Shown in pieces: positions 26,669 through 29,092 of a stretch of DNA of 29,092 bases. How positions within the stretch are numbered: the first letter of the stretch is position 1; each line of letters starts with the position of its first letter. Origin of the DNA: Candidatus Cloacimonadota bacterium (GTDB lineage Bacteria; Cloacimonadota; Cloacimonadia; Cloacimonadales; WRIO01); the NCBI GenBank assembly GCA_029564175.1, contig JAKQQL010000454.1, positions 1 to 29,092 of the forward strand. The letters are read 5' to 3'. The notes under the pieces are model-generated. The model worked only from the letters and a program-made list of their open reading frames with translations, did no database searches and was not told where the DNA came from. Made by a program: the position numbers and the translations under genes.

Positions 26669-29092
26669 CTACTTTTCTGCAATAAACAACAGCATCATTC
26701 CATCACCGAACAATGCTTTTTCATTACTATACTGGTCTAAAACATAAGCATCTTTAAAACCAATTACTTTTAGATACTCAAAAATATCCCAACCAAAATC
26801 GTAAAAAACTAAAGAACCTTTTTTTCTTATTGGATCTCCATGATAAACAGGATCTTTTATAAAGATAGTTTGCCTATTTTCAATTTTTGCTCTTAGGGTT
26901 GTACTTTCGTTTTGATAATGAAATGGAATGGTAAAAACTAGTTTTCCGTGTGGTTTTAATACTCTTAATACTTCATGAAACGCTTTTTGATAATCTGAGA
27001 CATGTTCTAACACATCATTTGCTACAATATAATCATAACTTTCATTTTTAAAACTCATGGCCATGATATCTTGATGCATAATACCTTGAATAATTGTACC
27101 TGATACAAAATTTTCATCCAGGTATTCACAACCTTGAATATAACCAACTGGAATTTTTTTCTCGAGTTCTCTGAAAAAATTGCTTTTATATTCAAAACAT
27201 AACAATCTTTGATTTACTTGATATTGTTCAGTTAAAAAAGTAGCCACCATTCGTTTTCTGGCTGTTAACCCACAGTTATTACAAACAAGTCTTTCTCTGT
27301 AGCCAGGTGAACCATTATAGTTCAATTTCCAATCAACCATGAAATCTGATTCTTTTTTACAAAATCCACAGTAGCCTTTAACAAAAAAGATTTCATTTTG
27401 TTGATTTTCTCCAGAAAGTTTATGTTCACTTATCATTCTGTCATTTTTAACTTGTGCAAGATGCTGAAGAAAGTTGTCTTTGTCTCTATAAATGAAGGTT
27501 TGTTTTTGTAGGAGAAAATGTAACCAGTTCTCATGTACTCGAAAATCAGTTGTAATATTTAATAATTTCCCTTTTGCTTTGCTTTCTGCCAACTGGTAGC
27601 TTTCTTCTAGAGATAAAACATAATCAGTAAAAATAATTGAGATATCTCCTTCAAGTGAATTAAGCAAGTCTGCTGTTTTACCAGAACATGCATTATTAAT
27701 GATAATAATCTCAAATGATAATTGACCATTTAATGAGGTGATTGATTGCAGGCAGGTAAGTGTATTTTCAAAATCATCATACACTGGTAAGATAAAAGAA
27801 TATTCTATCTGTTTATCTGATTTATCAGTTCGATAATTAATCATAAAATATGATAATCTCTTCATTTTTGCATTCCAGTCGAGATGTTTAGTAGCAAAAC
27901 TTCTGATTTCTTTTGAAGAAATATTCATGTTATTATAAAAATCGATGAGTTTGGCTACAGAAATAGAAGTTTCATTAGCTTCAACAGTAAAAATAAAATG
28001 ATTATCTATATCTATATCAGAGTCTTTGTGATCTAAGACAATTGCTTTTCCTCTTGCCAGGCATTCCCTGGTTTTCAAACTGGATGCTTCTTTTTGATTA
28101 ATCCTATGAAGACCTAAAGAACCAATACACAAATGAGAGATATTGAAATATTCATCTAGTTGTTTCTTATTTTTTTCACCAAGAAAGATGATTTGATTAT
28201 CAAGTCCCAATTGTGAAACCTGGTTTCTCAATTCATACTCATAATTTTGATTAAACGCTTTTCCAGCAATCAGTAATTTTAAACGATAGCTTCCTCTATA
28301 TTCAGCGATTCCATTTATAATTCTTTCTAAACCGTGGTGAAGAGCAAAATATCCTGTAAAAAGCATGATAAACTCATCTTTTAAATCTGGAGTCTGTGCT
28401 ATAGGATAATCATTAACTTCAATGCCATTTCCAATGACAATTGTCGGTATATCAGATTTTCCTGTTCTATCCTTTTGATGCTGAATGATTGTAGATGTAA
28501 CACCAATTAATCCACAGGCTTTCTTTACTAACTGACGTCCAAAATGAATCTCCTGTTCGAGAGAAACAAATTGTCTATTTTCTCTTAATTCATCTTCCTC
28601 ATTTGTATTATGCTCAAAAAAAATATTGTCATATTTTGATAATACATTGCTCAGAGGTTCTAATATCTGATGATAACCATTAGGATATCTAAAGTATACA
28701 TAATCAGGATTTTCCTGCTTAATGATATTATCTATAATCAGATGTCTGGATGACTCTTTTTTTTCACAATTGATATAGTTAAAAGTGTCATATTGATTTT
28801 GATATTCACATTTACCTATTGCATAAGCTTTTACCTCAAGCCCTGCAGATTTCAAACCATTTACCTGACCATTCATTTTAGCAAAAAGCTGTTTATATTT
28901 TGGCTCAATAAAAGCAAGATAGAGAACTTTTTTCTTATTTTTATCCAATAAAACATTTTTATGTTTGTTATTGCTATTTCTGCTAAACTCATTAATAATT
29001 TGATTGTAATAGGCTATAATTTTGTCAGTTTGATCTTCATAACTGAAAACCAATTGACTAAAATCATTCTTTTTCTTGATGTTATCCATCAA
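26669..29092 (-). CDS. Multi-module protein: GT4-like + degenerate GT2 + Cys-pair (possible Zn) segment + class I SAM methyltransferase; possibly 5'-truncated
   Basis: GT-B: YFRYP, IGNGI, HHGLERII, IGSLGLHR, SSLKTRE. GT2 remnant YSFILPVYD. CGFC...CNNC. MT: QDIMAMSF, DYIVANDVLEHV, RVLKPHG, YHGDP. The frame is open to the window edge. Confidence 0.8.
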   Translation of the reverse strand: MMDNIKKKNDFSQLVFSYEDQTDKIIAYYNQIINEFSRNSNNKHKNVLLDKNKKKVLYLAFIEPKYKQLFAKMNGQVNGLKSAGLEVKAYAIGKCEYQNQYDTFNYINCEKKESSRHLIIDNIIKQENPDYVYFRYPNGYHQILEPLSNVLSKYDNIFFEHNTNEEDELRENRQFVSLEQEIHFGRQLVKKACGLIGVTSTIIQHQKDRTGKSDIPTIVIGNGIEVNDYPIAQTPDLKDEFIMLFTGYFALHHGLERIINGIAEYRGSYRLKLLIAGKAFNQNYEYELRNQVSQLGLDNQIIFLGEKNKKQLDEYFNISHLCIGSLGLHRINQKEASSLKTRECLARGKAIVLDHKDSDIDIDNHFIFTVEANETSISVAKLIDFYNNMNISSKEIRSFATKHLDWNAKMKRLSYFMINYRTDKSDKQIEYSFILPVYDDFENTLTCLQSITSLNGQLSFEIIIINNACSGKTADLLNSLEGDISIIFTDYVLSLEESYQLAESKAKGKLLNITTDFRVHENWLHFLLQKQTFIYRDKDNFLQHLAQVKNDRMISEHKLSGENQQNEIFFVKGYCGFCKKESDFMVDWKLNYNGSPGYRERLVCNNCGLTARKRMVATFLTEQYQVNQRLLCFEYKSNFFRELEKKIPVGYIQGCEYLDENFVSGTIIQGIMHQDIMAMSFKNESYDYIVANDVLEHVSDYQKAFHEVLRVLKPHGKLVFTIPFHYQNESTTLRAKIENRQTIFIKDPVYHGDPIRKKGSLVFYDFGWDIFEYLKVIGFKDAYVLDQYSNEKALFGDGMMLLFIAEK

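Noticed and set aside
14911..29092. Flagellin glycosylation island linking the flagellin with gmhA and the large glycosyltransferases
   Set aside because: They are separated by unrelated housekeeping genes and terminators, and there is no maf-type or TPR-GT2 flagellin glycosyltransferase signature. Only proximity supports the link.
1..29092. tRNA, rRNA, IS/integrase, prophage genes, stop-codon recoding or frameshifted pseudogenes
   Set aside because: None recognised. The recognised proteins look full length under the standard code, and the intergenic gaps lack cloverleaf or terminal-inverted-repeat signatures by eye.

Overview
AT-rich bacterial chromosomal window, densely coding, with no rRNA, tRNA, CRISPR array or transposase that I can recognise. 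Left to right: the 3' part of a pyrimidine operon (pyrC, pyrK, pyrD) running into an HhH-GPD/endonuclease III-like glycosylase and dtd (+); a convergent minus-strand run of a 1302-aa HEAT-repeat protein, mazG, an orphan sensor histidine kinase, the nnrE/nnrD fusion and a SIMPL protein; B12/PLP lysine 5,6-aminomutase kamDE (-); a lone, diverged flagellin-family gene (+) behind a ~240-nt structured leader; then (-) an EamA transporter, RlmI-type methyltransferase, arginine deiminase, Nudix hydrolase, gmhA, glutamate dehydrogenase and two very large multi-module glycosyltransferase/methyltransferase genes. The gene content fits an anaerobic amino-acid fermenter; Cloacimonadota is my guess from gene content and protein style, and it is inference only. 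The best leads are (1) the orphan flagellin with an unclassified structured 5' leader and a CsrA-type hairpin over its Shine-Dalgarno, and (2) a four-module methyltransferase-GT2-GT4-TagF-like protein that looks like a single-chain glycopolymer polymerase with a possible methyl-capping module. All calls come from reading motifs by eye; no searches or folding programs were run.
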